Both the position numbers and the translations under genes were made by a program. Source: an uncultured Pseudomonadales bacterium (GTDB lineage Bacteria; Patescibacteriota; Microgenomatia; UBA1400; RBG-16-45-19). From it: DNA of 64,000 nucleotides. Positions within the stretch are counted from its first letter, which is position 1; every line of letters starts with the position of its first letter. Below, piece after piece: positions 49,990-59,644 of the stretch. The notes beneath the pieces are model-generated. The model made no database searches, was not told the DNA's origin, and was given only the letters and a program-made list of their open reading frames with translations. The DNA lies in NCBI GenBank assembly GCA_964441155.1, contig CAYYKL010000002.1:58414-122413 (forward strand). Direction: 5' to 3'.

Positions 49990-51702
49990 ATGAACCTTGG
50001 TCCATTTGCTGAAATTGGCATCCTCCTTGGCGTTGCAACACTCGTATCGCTAGTTATGCGCTTTCTTAAACAGCCATTAATAATTGGACACATTATCACT
50101 GGCTTTCTGGTGGGGCGCTATGCACTCAATCTCTTTCCCAGCATTGAAACATTTGAACTATTTAGTCACTTAGGCATCGCCTTTTTGCTGTTTAGCGTCG
50201 GCTTGAGTCTTAACCCCAAAGTGCTTAGAGAATATGGCACAGCATCGGTGCTTATCACTTTTGGTCAAGTGTTTTTAACCGGTGGTGCGGGAGTGCTCGC
50301 CTGCCTATTGCTTGGCTATGATTGGGTAACGGCTTTGTATGTGGGCATCGCCATTTCTTTTTCGAGCACAGTCATTGTGCTCAAGCTATTAGCTGATAAA
50401 GGTGATCTGGAAAAACTGTATGTCAAAGTCTCAGTAGGATCACTTCTCCTACAGGATTTAATTGCCATAATCTTATTGTTTGCAATTCCCATTGGAACTG
50501 GATCAGCGGGAGTTGGATATACCCTATTTAAAACGCTTGCCCTCGCAATAGCAGTTGGAATCGGAGTCTTCGTGTTCGCGCATTTTGTTATTGCTCGCCT
50601 CCACCCTTATTTAACCCGCTCACAAGAATTATTATTTTTGTTTGCTAATGCCTGGGCTATTGGAATTTCGATGCTTTTTAGCTATATTGGTTTTTCTTTA
50701 GAAGGCGGAGCGCTGATTGCAGGTGTTGCTCTTTCCACCCTTCCCAGTAGTCATGAAATCAGTGCTCGACTTGCTCCTTTGCGTGATTTTTTCATCGTGT
50801 CTTTTTTCATTCTGCTGGGCACTCGAATGGTGGTGAGTGATTACAGTGCCATTCTTTGGCCAGCGATGGCGCTATCTTTGTTTGTGTTAGTCATTAATCC
50901 GTTAATTCAACTCATCATCATGGGATTTTTAGGTTATCGCAAAAAAACCAGTTTCCAAACTGGCATGATGGCGGCTCAAATCAGCGAATTCTCACTTATT
51001 TTGGTGGGGCTCGGGGTCTCGCTTAAACAAGTTAATGCGTCAGTTTTATCCATGGTCACGCTTGTTGGCATCGTGACCATTTTTATTTCTACTTACCTCA
51101 TTTATTATTCAGATAATCTCTATAAATTACTCGCTCCAGCACTTCAACTCTTTGAAAGAAAACATGTGCGCGAGCGGGCAATTCGAGTCAAAAAATATCC
51201 AATTATGTTAATCGGCAGTGGTCGAGTGAGCCATGACTTTATTCAATTATTTTTGAAAAACAAATTACCATTTATGGTAATAGAGCATGATCCCGAAGCG
51301 ATTGAGGCATTAGAAGCTCATGAGATTCCGTATATCTATGGCGATGCCAGTGATCCTGATTTACTAGAGGATACAAAGTTGCATGATGCTGAGCTGGTTA
51401 TTTCCACAGCGCCCGATTTGACCACAAACCGCATCGTTCTGTCCGTTGCCAAACGAAGTGACAAAAATCCACTCGTCATATTAGTCGCCCACCGCATCAA
51501 TAACGCGCTCGAGCTGTATCGCTATGGCGCAGATTATGTTATCCTTCCCCATTTCTTGGGAGCAAAATATGCAGCTTCACTGCTGAATCGGTGCACCAAG
51601 GGAGAAGTCACTTTGCAAAGAGTTCGAGAAAGACATATTGCTCAGCTACATAGTCGCAAAGTGAGCGGGCACGAACATCCTCAAATTGAACGTTATCGCT
51701 GA
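49990..51702 (+). CDS. CPA2 cation:proton antiporter with a TrkA-N/RCK domain (Kef-like)
   Basis: LKQPLIIG, FSSTVIVLK, LLLQD, QISEFS and YGDA...GADYVILP. Confidence 0.92.
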   Translation: MNLGPFAEIGILLGVATLVSLVMRFLKQPLIIGHIITGFLVGRYALNLFPSIETFELFSHLGIAFLLFSVGLSLNPKVLREYGTASVLITFGQVFLTGGAGVLACLLLGYDWVTALYVGIAISFSSTVIVLKLLADKGDLEKLYVKVSVGSLLLQDLIAIILLFAIPIGTGSAGVGYTLFKTLALAIAVGIGVFVFAHFVIARLHPYLTRSQELLFLFANAWAIGISMLFSYIGFSLEGGALIAGVALSTLPSSHEISARLAPLRDFFIVSFFILLGTRMVVSDYSAILWPAMALSLFVLVINPLIQLIIMGFLGYRKKTSFQTGMMAAQISEFSLILVGLGVSLKQVNASVLSMVTLVGIVTIFISTYLIYYSDNLYKLLAPALQLFERKHVRERAIRVKKYPIMLIGSGRVSHDFIQLFLKNKLPFMVIEHDPEAIEALEAHEIPYIYGDASDPDLLEDTKLHDAELVISTAPDLTTNRIVLSVAKRSDKNPLVILVAHRINNALELYRYGADYVILPHFLGAKYAASLLNRCTKGEVTLQRVRERHIAQLHSRKVSGHEHPQIERYR

Positions 51703-51734
51703 TGTCATTACCCGCTTCTTTACGTTTTTTCTTA

Positions 51735-51878
51735 TCAATTTAAGACTCCCAATCCAATTAGCCCGGTAATGATTAAATATCCAGCGATGAGATAATTTAA
51801 AAATTTTGGAAACATCAGGATCAACACACCAAACAAGAGTGCGGTCAAGGGACTTAAATTCGCAAAAGATAGATTCAT
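51735..51878 (-). CDS. DUF3096-family small membrane protein (47 aa)
   Basis: Below the ORF-track cutoff. MNLSFANLSPLTALLFGVLILMFPKFLNYLIAGYLIITGLIGLGVLN, with an AAGGAG SD upstream. Confidence 0.82.
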   Translation of the reverse strand: MNLSFANLSPLTALLFGVLILMFPKFLNYLIAGYLIITGLIGLGVLN

Positions 51879-51907
51879 AATTAATCACTCCTTACACTCG
51901 CAACTAA

Positions 51908-52159
51908 TTAGCGGTTGCGCAACATTCGGCCCACAAAGATCACCACACAGGCACCGATCACGGCGACCACTAAGCTATAAATATTGAATCCGTTGACTCC
52001 TGATTGGCCAAGGAATTCCATGATAAAACCGCCGACAATTGCACCAACCACCCCCATAATAATATCCATAAGCGTGTTTTGACTGGCGTCAGTTTTCATA
52101 ATCATCGAGGCAATCCAACCTGCCAGTGCTCCAAAAATGATCCAAAGTAGTATTCCCAT
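51908..52159 (-). CDS. GlsB/YeaQ/YmgE family stress-response membrane protein
   Basis: WIIFGALAGWIAS, DIIMGVVGAIVGG and SLVVAVIGA. Confidence 0.92.
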   Translation of the reverse strand: MGILLWIIFGALAGWIASMIMKTDASQNTLMDIIMGVVGAIVGGFIMEFLGQSGVNGFNIYSLVVAVIGACVVIFVGRMLRNR

Positions 52160-52246
52160 ATATTCCCTTAAAAATTAATTAGTAGCTATTCGCACGTTTC
52201 TTAATAAGTCTGAAAGTTAAACCTGTAGGCCTAAAAAGACTTCGCG

Positions 52247-52450
52247 CTATTGTTGGTTGACATTAATGTCCATCTGCTCAGGAATATTCACTTCCGGTGC
52301 TGAAACATTAATTTCGGTTGGACCGCTTCTCTCAAGTGCGGGGATACCGAAATACAGTAGAACGGCTACCAAGCCGACCAACACTAATGCGCCAATTAGA
52401 AAACCGCTGCCTCCCGAGGACGGAGCAGGGTTATTTACGATTGTGCTCAT
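52247..52450 (-). CDS. Small single-TM hypothetical protein
   Basis: Strong AAGGAGGTGA SD; one TM. Confidence 0.7.
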   Translation of the reverse strand: MSTIVNNPAPSSGGSGFLIGALVLVGLVAVLLYFGIPALERSGPTEINVSAPEVNIPEQMDINVNQQ

Positions 52451-52505
52451 TGTTTCTCACCTCCTTCAAAATAACAGTAATTAGTAACCAAGATTAATGT
52501 GTGCT

Positions 52506-52901
52506 TTATAGCTCATCTTTGTCTCTTGAGACTATTTGCACCAGCATGGCGATTCCCCAAGCAAGAAGTGCATAGACAACGATTGCCAGAAGCACTGACG
52601 GCTCAAAGACTGATGCTGTTTCGATTCCCTGCGCTACTCCGCGGCGAAAGATCCCCTCAAACGGAGCAATGAATAGTGCAGTTAATCCATAGATGAAGCG
52701 CACAAAGGCACTTGCAGTATTTGCACCGGCCAGTTTCAGAATCAACCGGAAAACCAGCAATACTTCAAGCAAGCCAAACACAAAATAGATTAACTGTTGC
52801 GTGGTATGCACGCCTGAAGCAATATGCTTTGTTTCGGTAACTCGGTCTGCGCGCGGTCCTGTCTGCTGCGCCACCACTGTTTCTTTTATAATTTCAGCCA
52901 T
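52506..52901 (-). CDS. YggT-like membrane protein
   Basis: LLVFRLILKLAGAN..SAFVRFIY.LT..FIAPFEGIF. Confidence 0.72.
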   Translation of the reverse strand: MAEIIKETVVAQQTGPRADRVTETKHIASGVHTTQQLIYFVFGLLEVLLVFRLILKLAGANTASAFVRFIYGLTALFIAPFEGIFRRGVAQGIETASVFEPSVLLAIVVYALLAWGIAMLVQIVSRDKDEL

Positions 52902-53052
52902 AGTTTCTCACCACCTTTGCATGTTATTAATTGCTCGAGTTATATAGTTGAGCTAACACTATCTGAAGTATACTGATGAGTTTGTGAGGAAGGACTATGC
53001 AGCGTATATGAATTATGTAAGAATTTTGAAGTCAAGAACTAGCATTGAGCGA

Positions 53053-53457
53053 TCACTTTATGCCATGCCGCCAGAAGACCGAAGTGATATTGGTTCCTGA
53101 GCGCAACAAGTTTATTGCTTTTTTTAGTTCGTACTGACTGAGGGAAGCATGAAGCGGTTCTTTCTCGGGAATCACTCCAGTGTAATGAGATTCTAATACC
53201 CCTAATACTCTCGGGTCTCCCAACTGGCCCAATGCCCAAATGGCATCGTTTCTGGAGCGGAAATCTTTTCGTTGATCATTTACCATTTGAGACAAAGCAA
53301 GCGTGCAATCCTCTCGGTATTCGTTAATAGCTTTTTGACATTGATTTTTTACTTCGTAGCCAATAGCGCTGCACGCCACAAAAAATAGCAAAAACAACAC
53401 GCTCATGCCAACTATCATTCCATAGCCAAGCACGAACCGGGATGATTTAGTCAACAT
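53053..53457 (-). CDS. Membrane-anchored HEAT-repeat protein
   Basis: N-terminal TM; [22 protein letters not shown] before ATG 53457. Confidence 0.72.
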   Translation of the reverse strand: MLTKSSRFVLGYGMIVGMSVLFLLFFVACSAIGYEVKNQCQKAINEYREDCTLALSQMVNDQRKDFRSRNDAIWALGQLGDPRVLGVLESHYTGVIPEKEPLHASLSQYELKKAINLLRSGTNITSVFWRHGIK

Positions 53458-53662
53458 TGTTATCTCCTGCTTCATAGCTAAAAATATCCTCAACCTGCAC
53501 TTTCAATAAAGCAGCAATTCTAAATGCTAAGCTCAATGACGGTAAATATTTATTACTTTCGATAGCAATAATTGTTTGTCGAGTGACGTTTACGGCATGA
53601 GCCAATTGTTCTTGGGTGAGATTATGCATCGCTCGATATACTTTGAGCTTATTCTTAATCAC
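53447..53662 (-). CDS. XRE/Cro-family HTH regulator
   Basis: [29 protein letters not shown]; GTG start after GGAGG. Confidence 0.92.
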   Translation of the reverse strand: MIKNKLKVYRAMHNLTQEQLAHAVNVTRQTIIAIESNKYLPSLSLAFRIAALLKVQVEDIFSYEAGDNNVD

Positions 53663-54071
53663 TACTTCCTCCAAATTTTCGCTTCAACACGTAGTATGAA
53701 ATTGCATAAACAGTAATCATGAACAAGGCCAAATATGCCAATACCATCCCCATTGATTCAAAATAGGCAAACTCACCTTTGGCAAACACCGATGAAAGTT
53801 CTTTGTAGGGCACTAACAACAGTAATGCCGCTATCGCTAAGGTTGGCGCAAAAATTGCATAGGTGAGGTGCGCAGCTTTTTCTCTTATTGTTTGTTCTCT
53901 TTCGTCAATGGTCATAGTAATTTTTGAACGAAACACAATCAGAAATAACATGCCAGTGGTCACCCCCAAAGTTGCCAATAAATAGCTTTGACTACTTATC
54001 GAAGCTGCAACCACACATCCAATAAAAAAAGTAATCATCACTCGAATTTGTTTAAATTGTTGTTTGTTCAT
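53655..54071 (-). CDS. DUF2178-family membrane protein
   Basis: TM pairs around [12 protein letters not shown]; typical partner of the XRE gene. Confidence 0.78.
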   Translation of the reverse strand: MNKQQFKQIRVMITFFIGCVVAASISSQSYLLATLGVTTGMLFLIVFRSKITMTIDEREQTIREKAAHLTYAIFAPTLAIAALLLLVPYKELSSVFAKGEFAYFESMGMVLAYLALFMITVYAISYYVLKRKFGGSSD

Positions 54072-54079
54072 ATGCCTTG

Positions 54080-54101
54080 AATGTAACATATTATTTACAT
54101 T
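54080..54101. promoter_or_regulatory. Candidate XRE operator
   Basis: AATGTAA-catattat-TTACATT inverted repeat 8 nt upstream of the DUF2178-XRE operon. Confidence 0.6.
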
Positions 54102-54226
54102 ATGTATAGGTATGCAGACATACATCGCTTGCAGTCATTCGCATTCACATAATGATGTCGATGTTTATCATCACCACAACTCATATTGAATCTTTCAACA
54201 ACAAATTCACGATTTATTAGTTAATG

Positions 54227-54261
54227 ATTGTTGTAACAATAAATATATATTGTTAATCGAT
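54227..54261. promoter_or_regulatory. Candidate tandem operator for the YozG-like regulator
   Basis: ATTGTT-gt-AACAAT palindrome plus a degenerate copy ATTGTTAATCGAT upstream of the DUF2975 operon. Confidence 0.5.
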
Positions 54262-54307
54262 ATATAACGTACTACAATACTATTGTTAAAGCATAAAAGG
54301 ACATTCT

Positions 54308-54784
54308 ATGAAACACATGTCAACGTTTTTTTTAAAATTAGTGATTATTCTCATCGCAATCGGCACACTCACAGCTTTAATTGCTTTTCCTCGAACAGAA
54401 GGAAGAGCAACGAATTTAGATTTGGTTAGTATTTATACAGATCCCTTCATTGTGTATGTGTATTTTGCTTCAATCCCCTTTTTTGTAGCACTTTGGCAAG
54501 CAGTAAACCTATTAGGTTATATCGAACAAAATCGGGTATTCTCTCCAATTGCAGTCAAAGCACTTAGAAATATTAAATACTGTGCATTGGCAATTATTAG
54601 CTTACTGTCTGGGGCAATTTTCTATGTTCGTGTGGAAGCTCGCGGCGATGACTCTGCAGGCCCAATTATGTTGGGGTTAGTGTCGCTCTTTGCATCCCTA
54701 GTGATTGCAACTGCGGCTGCCGTTTTCCAGCAACTACTACAAAATGCAGTCGATATTAAATCTGAAAATGACTTAACGGTGTAA
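54308..54784 (+). CDS. DUF2975 (YoaS-like) membrane protein
   Basis: IPFFVALWQA..LL.YI...FS..AVKAL.NIKYCA; ends IKSENDLTV. Confidence 0.9.
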   Translation: MKHMSTFFLKLVIILIAIGTLTALIAFPRTEGRATNLDLVSIYTDPFIVYVYFASIPFFVALWQAVNLLGYIEQNRVFSPIAVKALRNIKYCALAIISLLSGAIFYVRVEARGDDSAGPIMLGLVSLFASLVIATAAAVFQQLLQNAVDIKSENDLTV

Positions 54785-54792
54785 AGGATTCT

Positions 54793-55002
54793 ATGGGAAT
54801 AATCATTAATATTGATGTCATGCTCGCTAAAAGAAAAATGAGTGTCACTCATCTCACCGAAAAAGTGGGTATAACCATGGCCAATCTATCGATATTGAAA
54901 AACGGTAAAGCTCGAGCTATTCGCTTTTCCACCCTGGAAGCAATTTGCAAAGCATTAAATTGCCAACCAGGAGATATTCTCGAGTATAAAGCGGAAATAT
55001 AA
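54793..55002 (+). CDS. YozG-like HTH regulator
   Basis: NIDVMLAKRKMS...ANLSILKNGKARAIRFSTL..IC.AL.CQPGDIL. Confidence 0.92.
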   Translation: MGIIINIDVMLAKRKMSVTHLTEKVGITMANLSILKNGKARAIRFSTLEAICKALNCQPGDILEYKAEI

Positions 55003-55023
55003 AAACTAACAAGGAGTAACTAT

Positions 55024-55320
55024 ATGAATATCGCAAACCTTATAGCCAAAAACAAAGATTTTGCAGTTGTTCTCATGCTCACTGCTATCGCACTCATACT
55101 TCCCTATATAGCTATGCAATTTAGTAGTGAAGTCAACTGGACTGCAGACGATTTTGCCGTTATGGGAACACTCGTTCTTGGAACTGGATCTTTGTTTGTC
55201 TTAGTTTTCCGAATTACACCGCAACGATATCGAACCCTGATTGGATTCACTTTCTTGCTGGGATTTCTTTGGCTCTGGGCTGAGCTAGCAGTAGGTATAT
55301 TTACTAACTGGGGTAGCTAA
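55024..55320 (+). CDS. Small three-TM membrane protein
   Basis: AMQFSSEVNWT..DF and WAELAVGIF; AAGGAG SD. Confidence 0.75.
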   Translation: MNIANLIAKNKDFAVVLMLTAIALILPYIAMQFSSEVNWTADDFAVMGTLVLGTGSLFVLVFRITPQRYRTLIGFTFLLGFLWLWAELAVGIFTNWGS

Positions 55321-55458
55321 ACTATCTCCCACATAGCTATTTGAGTATTTGAATGTAATTACTTAGGCACCTCTAGAACTAAAAGCAGCTTTGATCGTGT
55401 CGCTATCGGAAATTAAAACTACTTGGTGTAGAAGTCCGGGAAAAGACAATATTCGAGC

Positions 55459-55746
55459 CTATGAAGTAGAAAACGATAAGCCTTTTTTATCTAATGCATC
55501 TTGTAATATGCTCAATGCCCTAGGCCCAAACCCGTGCAAAGCCAAGAGCTCTTTTTCTGTGTATTTGGTTAAATCAGCAAGCTTGCTAATCCCAATGCTA
55601 TCTAGTGCGCGAAAAGCAGGAGCACCGATAGGAGGAATTGCGTCTCCGTAGGCATTTTTCATTTCGTGTGCAGAGCAGATCGGACAGACCGGGCAATCAC
55701 TGGTTTTTTCAAATCGATGACCATGGTTGCACACTCTTGTTGCCAT
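55459..55746 (-). CDS. Cys/His-knuckle plus helix-hairpin-helix (RNAP alpha-CTD-like) protein
   Basis: CNHGH.FEKTSDCPVCPIC, then IGAPAFRAL...ELLALHGFGP. Confidence 0.75.
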   Translation of the reverse strand: MATRVCNHGHRFEKTSDCPVCPICSAHEMKNAYGDAIPPIGAPAFRALDSIGISKLADLTKYTEKELLALHGFGPRALSILQDALDKKGLSFSTS

Positions 55747-55747
55747 A

Positions 55748-56167
55748 CTATGCATTCGTCTTTTTCATGTATTGAAATGATATTTTGATAAGTGATGCGA
55801 GCGCTTTTTGATCCACATCTGCCAATTTGTTGAGATATAAACATCCCACGCTTTTTTTGTGCTTTCCCAATGATTCGAGTAAAGCCCTGTTATCTCCATT
55901 GCCTGCCATGATATAAAGTGTTAGGTTTTGCTTGCGAGGCGAGAATCCAACCAGTGGCCAATCCCCTTCTTGCGTACTTCGCTCTGACTTGTAGTGATAG
56001 GTGCCAAATCCCACAATGCTTGTTCCCCACATGACTGCTTTTTCTCCGGTAATCCGCTCAAATAATTCAAGCAGCGCAAAGCTATCGATTCTTTTTTGCT
56101 CTGGCTCAATCGTATTGAGAAAATCTCTAGGATCTTGATTGGTGGGTTTGGTTTTTAGTTCTGCCAT
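55748..56167 (-). CDS. DUF1801 family protein
   Basis: MWGTSIVGFG.YHY, GFSPRKQNL and LGKHK.SVGCLY. Confidence 0.88.
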   Translation of the reverse strand: MAELKTKPTNQDPRDFLNTIEPEQKRIDSFALLELFERITGEKAVMWGTSIVGFGTYHYKSERSTQEGDWPLVGFSPRKQNLTLYIMAGNGDNRALLESLGKHKKSVGCLYLNKLADVDQKALASLIKISFQYMKKTNA

Positions 56168-56255
56168 GAAGAAATTATATCAGCAACACGAGTTCAGCTT
56201 ATTTAATATTTTCTGTATTAGTCATTCCTCAACGGGAATCTTAGATCGCCAATTA

Positions 56256-56738
56256 TTATTCGGGTCCATTCATTTCTAGGTATGCTAGACCTTTGATTTC
56301 ACTAAGAATTTGTTTGTTTTGCACGGCTATTTTTTTGTAGAGCTCGCTCTGAGTGCTTGCGAGCTTATGGGCAATCAACTTTACATCGTCCAAATACTTC
56401 TTTTCTTCAATGGCCAGTGTCTTCATAAATAACAATTTTTCTAGTGAAATGATTACATACTTTTCTTGTTCAATCGAATTTTCCTTATAAAAATCGTAAT
56501 CAAACAGGCGGATTGTTTTCCATATTTCAAATTCAAATGGACAAACTCCCAAATCTCCCCACAAGTCTTTAACTCGATCTGGATATATTTTGATTAGATT
56601 GACGATATCTTCTTCAGTTGCAATTAAGTCAATATCTTCACCTGATTTTCGCAAGCCGTAATATTCCATGGCTTTTCCGCCAATCAAAATAGGTTTCTTT
56701 TTGAAGGAGTAAGTAAGCATATCCAAAGGAATATCCAT
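56256..56738 (-). CDS. Nucleotidyltransferase-fold protein
   Basis: LIGGKAM..YGLR....DIDL and SLEKLLFMK. Confidence 0.65.
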   Translation of the reverse strand: MDIPLDMLTYSFKKKPILIGGKAMEYYGLRKSGEDIDLIATEEDIVNLIKIYPDRVKDLWGDLGVCPFEFEIWKTIRLFDYDFYKENSIEQEKYVIISLEKLLFMKTLAIEEKKYLDDVKLIAHKLASTQSELYKKIAVQNKQILSEIKGLAYLEMNGPE

Positions 56739-56778
56739 ACTCGGAGTATAACAAATGAAGAAATATGCTACGTTAGTT

Positions 56779-57096
56779 TCAAGAAATTTTATGTATTTCT
56801 CTAAAACCCATATAGGTCATGGCAAAGAGAATAATAATGGCAATATAAAATTGAAGATTTTCAGGATTTGCCAAAATTTTCATCAATGGAGTTGATTGGC
56901 GAAAAACAAAATGAAAGACAACAGCTAATGGCAAGGTGAGCCAAACCCAAGCAAGCTTTGGAACATTGATATGTATCCGAGAAGCGAGCCAGCTCAAAAG
57001 GGGTGACAGAACAAGCACTGCAACATAGGAGGTTGCCGTGTCAAAAATGGCAAATGGCCCAATTCTGAACTGACGCAAATATTCTAAGGAAACCAT
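56779..57096 (-). CDS. Small membrane protein
   Basis: LRQFRIGPFAIFD; three TM. Confidence 0.7.
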   Translation of the reverse strand: MVSLEYLRQFRIGPFAIFDTATSYVAVLVLSPLLSWLASRIHINVPKLAWVWLTLPLAVVFHFVFRQSTPLMKILANPENLQFYIAIIILFAMTYMGFREIHKIS

Positions 57097-57244
57097 AGTG
57101 ATACTTTACTCTTAATATAAGGCTAAAGCTAACTCCTGAAATCGAAAGTGACTTTTATACGATTGCGTAATTCATTAAGGCAATTGGCGTGTGAGGTTAT
57201 GTAAACTAAATCGGCTTAAAATATTGTGACCGTGTGAAATTGAC

Positions 57245-57622
57245 TTACGGCGCGTGCTTCCACAAAGCACCTTCATTGACTTCAGTGACCCGAAAGGCTG
57301 CGATTTTTTTGATTAAGGCAATGGGTAGTGGTTTATCATAGGGAAATTGAATCGTATCTTTGCCTGTGGTGTACTCGGCTAGCTCTTTGGTGAAGTGTTC
57401 CAGAGTTGAGCGAGTCGGCATAAAATTGAGATGAGATTTAAAAGCAGAGAATGAAAATAGAATTCGATTCGTTTCTAAAACTGGCTGGCCCCACTTAATG
57501 CCCTCCTTTGCGCTCGGTGCTGCCACTTTCAAAATTTCGCGGAGTTCTTGCAGCTTTTCTTGTGCAGCTATTGGTGCAGCTGCAATATATTCATCGATGG
57601 TTTTATGTGTTGGTTTTGACAT
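57245..57622 (-). CDS. DUF1801 / YdhG-like protein
   Basis: TIDEYI, AAP.AKEGIKWGQP and TIQFPYDKPLP. Confidence 0.88.
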   Translation of the reverse strand: MSKPTHKTIDEYIAAAPIAAQEKLQELREILKVAAPSAKEGIKWGQPVLETNRILFSFSAFKSHLNFMPTRSTLEHFTKELAEYTTGKDTIQFPYDKPLPIALIKKIAAFRVTEVNEGALWKHAP

Positions 57623-57670
57623 GGTGGAAAATATCAATAGGTATCAGGCCAATTTTCGTTGACTGCTAAC

Positions 57671-58123
57671 TTAATACTCATCAATGATTATTTTCTTCTG
57701 TTCCATCATTACCTCGAAGGCACCGGGTTTTTTCATCAACTCTTCTATATTTTCTGGCACGATTTGCCAACTTAAACCATATTTGTCTTTACACCAGCCA
57801 CATTGCTCAGAGCTAGGCACGGCTGAAAGTTTGCTCCAGTAGTAATCTATTTCTTGTTGGTCTTTGCACATAATGGCGAAAGAGACTGCTTCAGTAAAGG
57901 TAAAGTCATCACCCGCATTGATGGCCACAAAACGCTGACCCTGTAACTCAAAATCTATGGTTAACACGTTTCCAGCAAAAACTTTTTGAAAATCAGCCAA
58001 TCCTTCTTCTGGATAATACGAAGTGCTATTAATCTTACTGTCTTTGAATACTGAAAGATAAAACTCCACCGCCTCACGAGCATTCCCAGCAAACCAGAGA
58101 TTTGGAATAATTTTTTGTATCAT
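57671..58123 (-). CDS. VOC family protein (PhnB / 3-demethylubiquinone-9 3-methyltransferase-like)
   Basis: QKIIPNLWF, FTEAVSF and QCGWCKDKYGLSWQI. Confidence 0.9.
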   Translation of the reverse strand: MIQKIIPNLWFAGNAREAVEFYLSVFKDSKINSTSYYPEEGLADFQKVFAGNVLTIDFELQGQRFVAINAGDDFTFTEAVSFAIMCKDQQEIDYYWSKLSAVPSSEQCGWCKDKYGLSWQIVPENIEELMKKPGAFEVMMEQKKIIIDEY

Positions 58124-58128
58124 AGTCG

Positions 58129-58509
58129 TTACCCCTCAACTTCAACTTGAAAACCACCCTTGGCCATCCGTTGCATGTCAAAAGGCATTGCCATATCCAT
58201 TTGGTCTTTCATTTGCTCGCTCATTTCTTCCATCACTTTAGCATTAACCTCGTCTCTATGTTCTTTAGAGTTAAAAACGATAAAAGAAAACCAAACTGAG
58301 TCAGCGTCACTTGCTCCAGCCATTTCAGTAAATGCACGAGCTGTATAACCGCCCATTTCTTCTGGAACAAGGTCATCACCCCGGCATTCATAGTATTCGA
58401 GTGCTCCATGCTTCATCCACGAGTCTCGGCCACCTTCGGCCATTTTTTTGTATTCTTCAACTTTATCTTTGGGGACAACAAGCACGAATCCGTCAACGTA
58501 TTTTGCCAT
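58129..58509 (-). CDS. DUF1428 (YbaA-like) protein
   Basis: YVDGFVLVVP, HGALEY.EC.GDD, HRDEVN and MPFDM.RM..GGF. Confidence 0.9.
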   Translation of the reverse strand: MAKYVDGFVLVVPKDKVEEYKKMAEGGRDSWMKHGALEYYECRGDDLVPEEMGGYTARAFTEMAGASDADSVWFSFIVFNSKEHRDEVNAKVMEEMSEQMKDQMDMAMPFDMQRMAKGGFQVEVEG

Positions 58510-58593
58510 ATGCTCTTTCCTTTCCTAAAATATTTCTCTTAGTATAGAAGCTGGTGATTTCAATCACAAGTTAAAAAAGCGGTAGAAATTGTA

Positions 58594-58854
58594 ATGATTC
58601 TGTTAAAATTCATGCTTATGAAGCTAGCTAATGACAGCTATACCATTTTCTTGGGGACCAAAAATTTTACCCAGAAGTATTATAAGGACAAAAATGGCTG
58701 GCTGAAGATTTCAGCACGCGGCAATGAATTTAGAATGACCGCTGAGCAAGTCCTCAATCACCTGTTGCCGGCCATTGCCGGTGTCAAACCAAACTTAATA
58801 CTAAAGGTTGAGCACCACGAAACTGAAGAGAATAAGAATAAACTTAGTGAATAA
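58594..58854 (+). CDS. Hypothetical protein
   Basis: 86-aa ORF containing FRMTAEQVLNHLLPA; start uncertain. Confidence 0.6.
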   Translation: MILLKFMLMKLANDSYTIFLGTKNFTQKYYKDKNGWLKISARGNEFRMTAEQVLNHLLPAIAGVKPNLILKVEHHETEENKNKLSE

Positions 58855-59089
58855 GTTGCTCCCAGTCCATGAATTAACTCGAACCTTGAGAGAGTTGATT
58901 GTTTCTTCGATTGAATATAATCAATTTAATGTTGATGGATTACCGCTGACATGAAAATAATCTAGAAATAATTCTGAAAAAATAAAAATGCTCACTGGGT
59001 TTTGTTAATGGATCGGATATCCGATTTTTCACTTCCCTCAGTGAGCACAATTTTTGCAGCACTTTAAATACTTGAGATTATTTTTAGGC

Positions 59090-59458
59090 TTAATCAGCCC
59101 AGCGTACCAGAAAAGGCCATTCCATAATGAGGCCATCGCCTTCCCTGCACGCAGACACAACATAGAACAATTGGATCCTGATCTCACCACACCCATCGGT
59201 GACATCTGCTTCTTTCTTGAACAGAAAGCCTCGTGCCTCCAATGTGTTCTCGTTGAAGAAAAACCTGTACTTCGCGTAAGACTTCCCGGTGGGAACCCAT
59301 AACACTAACTGTTCTCCTTCATGAACGAGTGCTTTTCTTGCATCGAGACGTTCGACTCCAGGATCTGTGTGTGGAGGGCGGCTAATATAAACCGCACTTG
59401 CAACTACCACCACCAGCAGCACTACCAAATAAAACAACAAGCTTCCGTTTCTTCGCAT
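59090..59458 (-). CDS. Membrane-anchored hypothetical protein
   Basis: AAGGAG SD before ATG 59458; N-terminal TM. Confidence 0.6.
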   Translation of the reverse strand: MRRNGSLLFYLVVLLVVVVASAVYISRPPHTDPGVERLDARKALVHEGEQLVLWVPTGKSYAKYRFFFNENTLEARGFLFKKEADVTDGCGEIRIQLFYVVSACREGDGLIMEWPFLVRWAD

Positions 59459-59644
59459 CAGATTTCTCCTTGTTATCTGAATTAACACAATTTAGTTCTC
59501 AAGTAAATTAAAGTGCTACTCCAAAACAATACAAAAAATTCACGCAGCAAAAGCGTGACTTTGTTATTTTTTTTGTGGAATTTTCATTCCAGGCGAGGAT
59601 TATATCTAAAAGAAGTAGATAAATCAATACTATAGGTCTTATCG

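Noticed and set aside
51646-51888. 80-aa minus-strand ORF in the track
   Set aside because: A different frame (51735-51878) gives a recognisable DUF3096 protein with an SD, and this ORF overlaps the antiporter 3' end.
54095-54184. 29-aa His/Cys-rich minus-strand ORF (MSCGDDKHRHHYVNANDCKRC...)
   Set aside because: Very short, weak SD, and it runs into the candidate operator and promoter; cannot be distinguished from chance.
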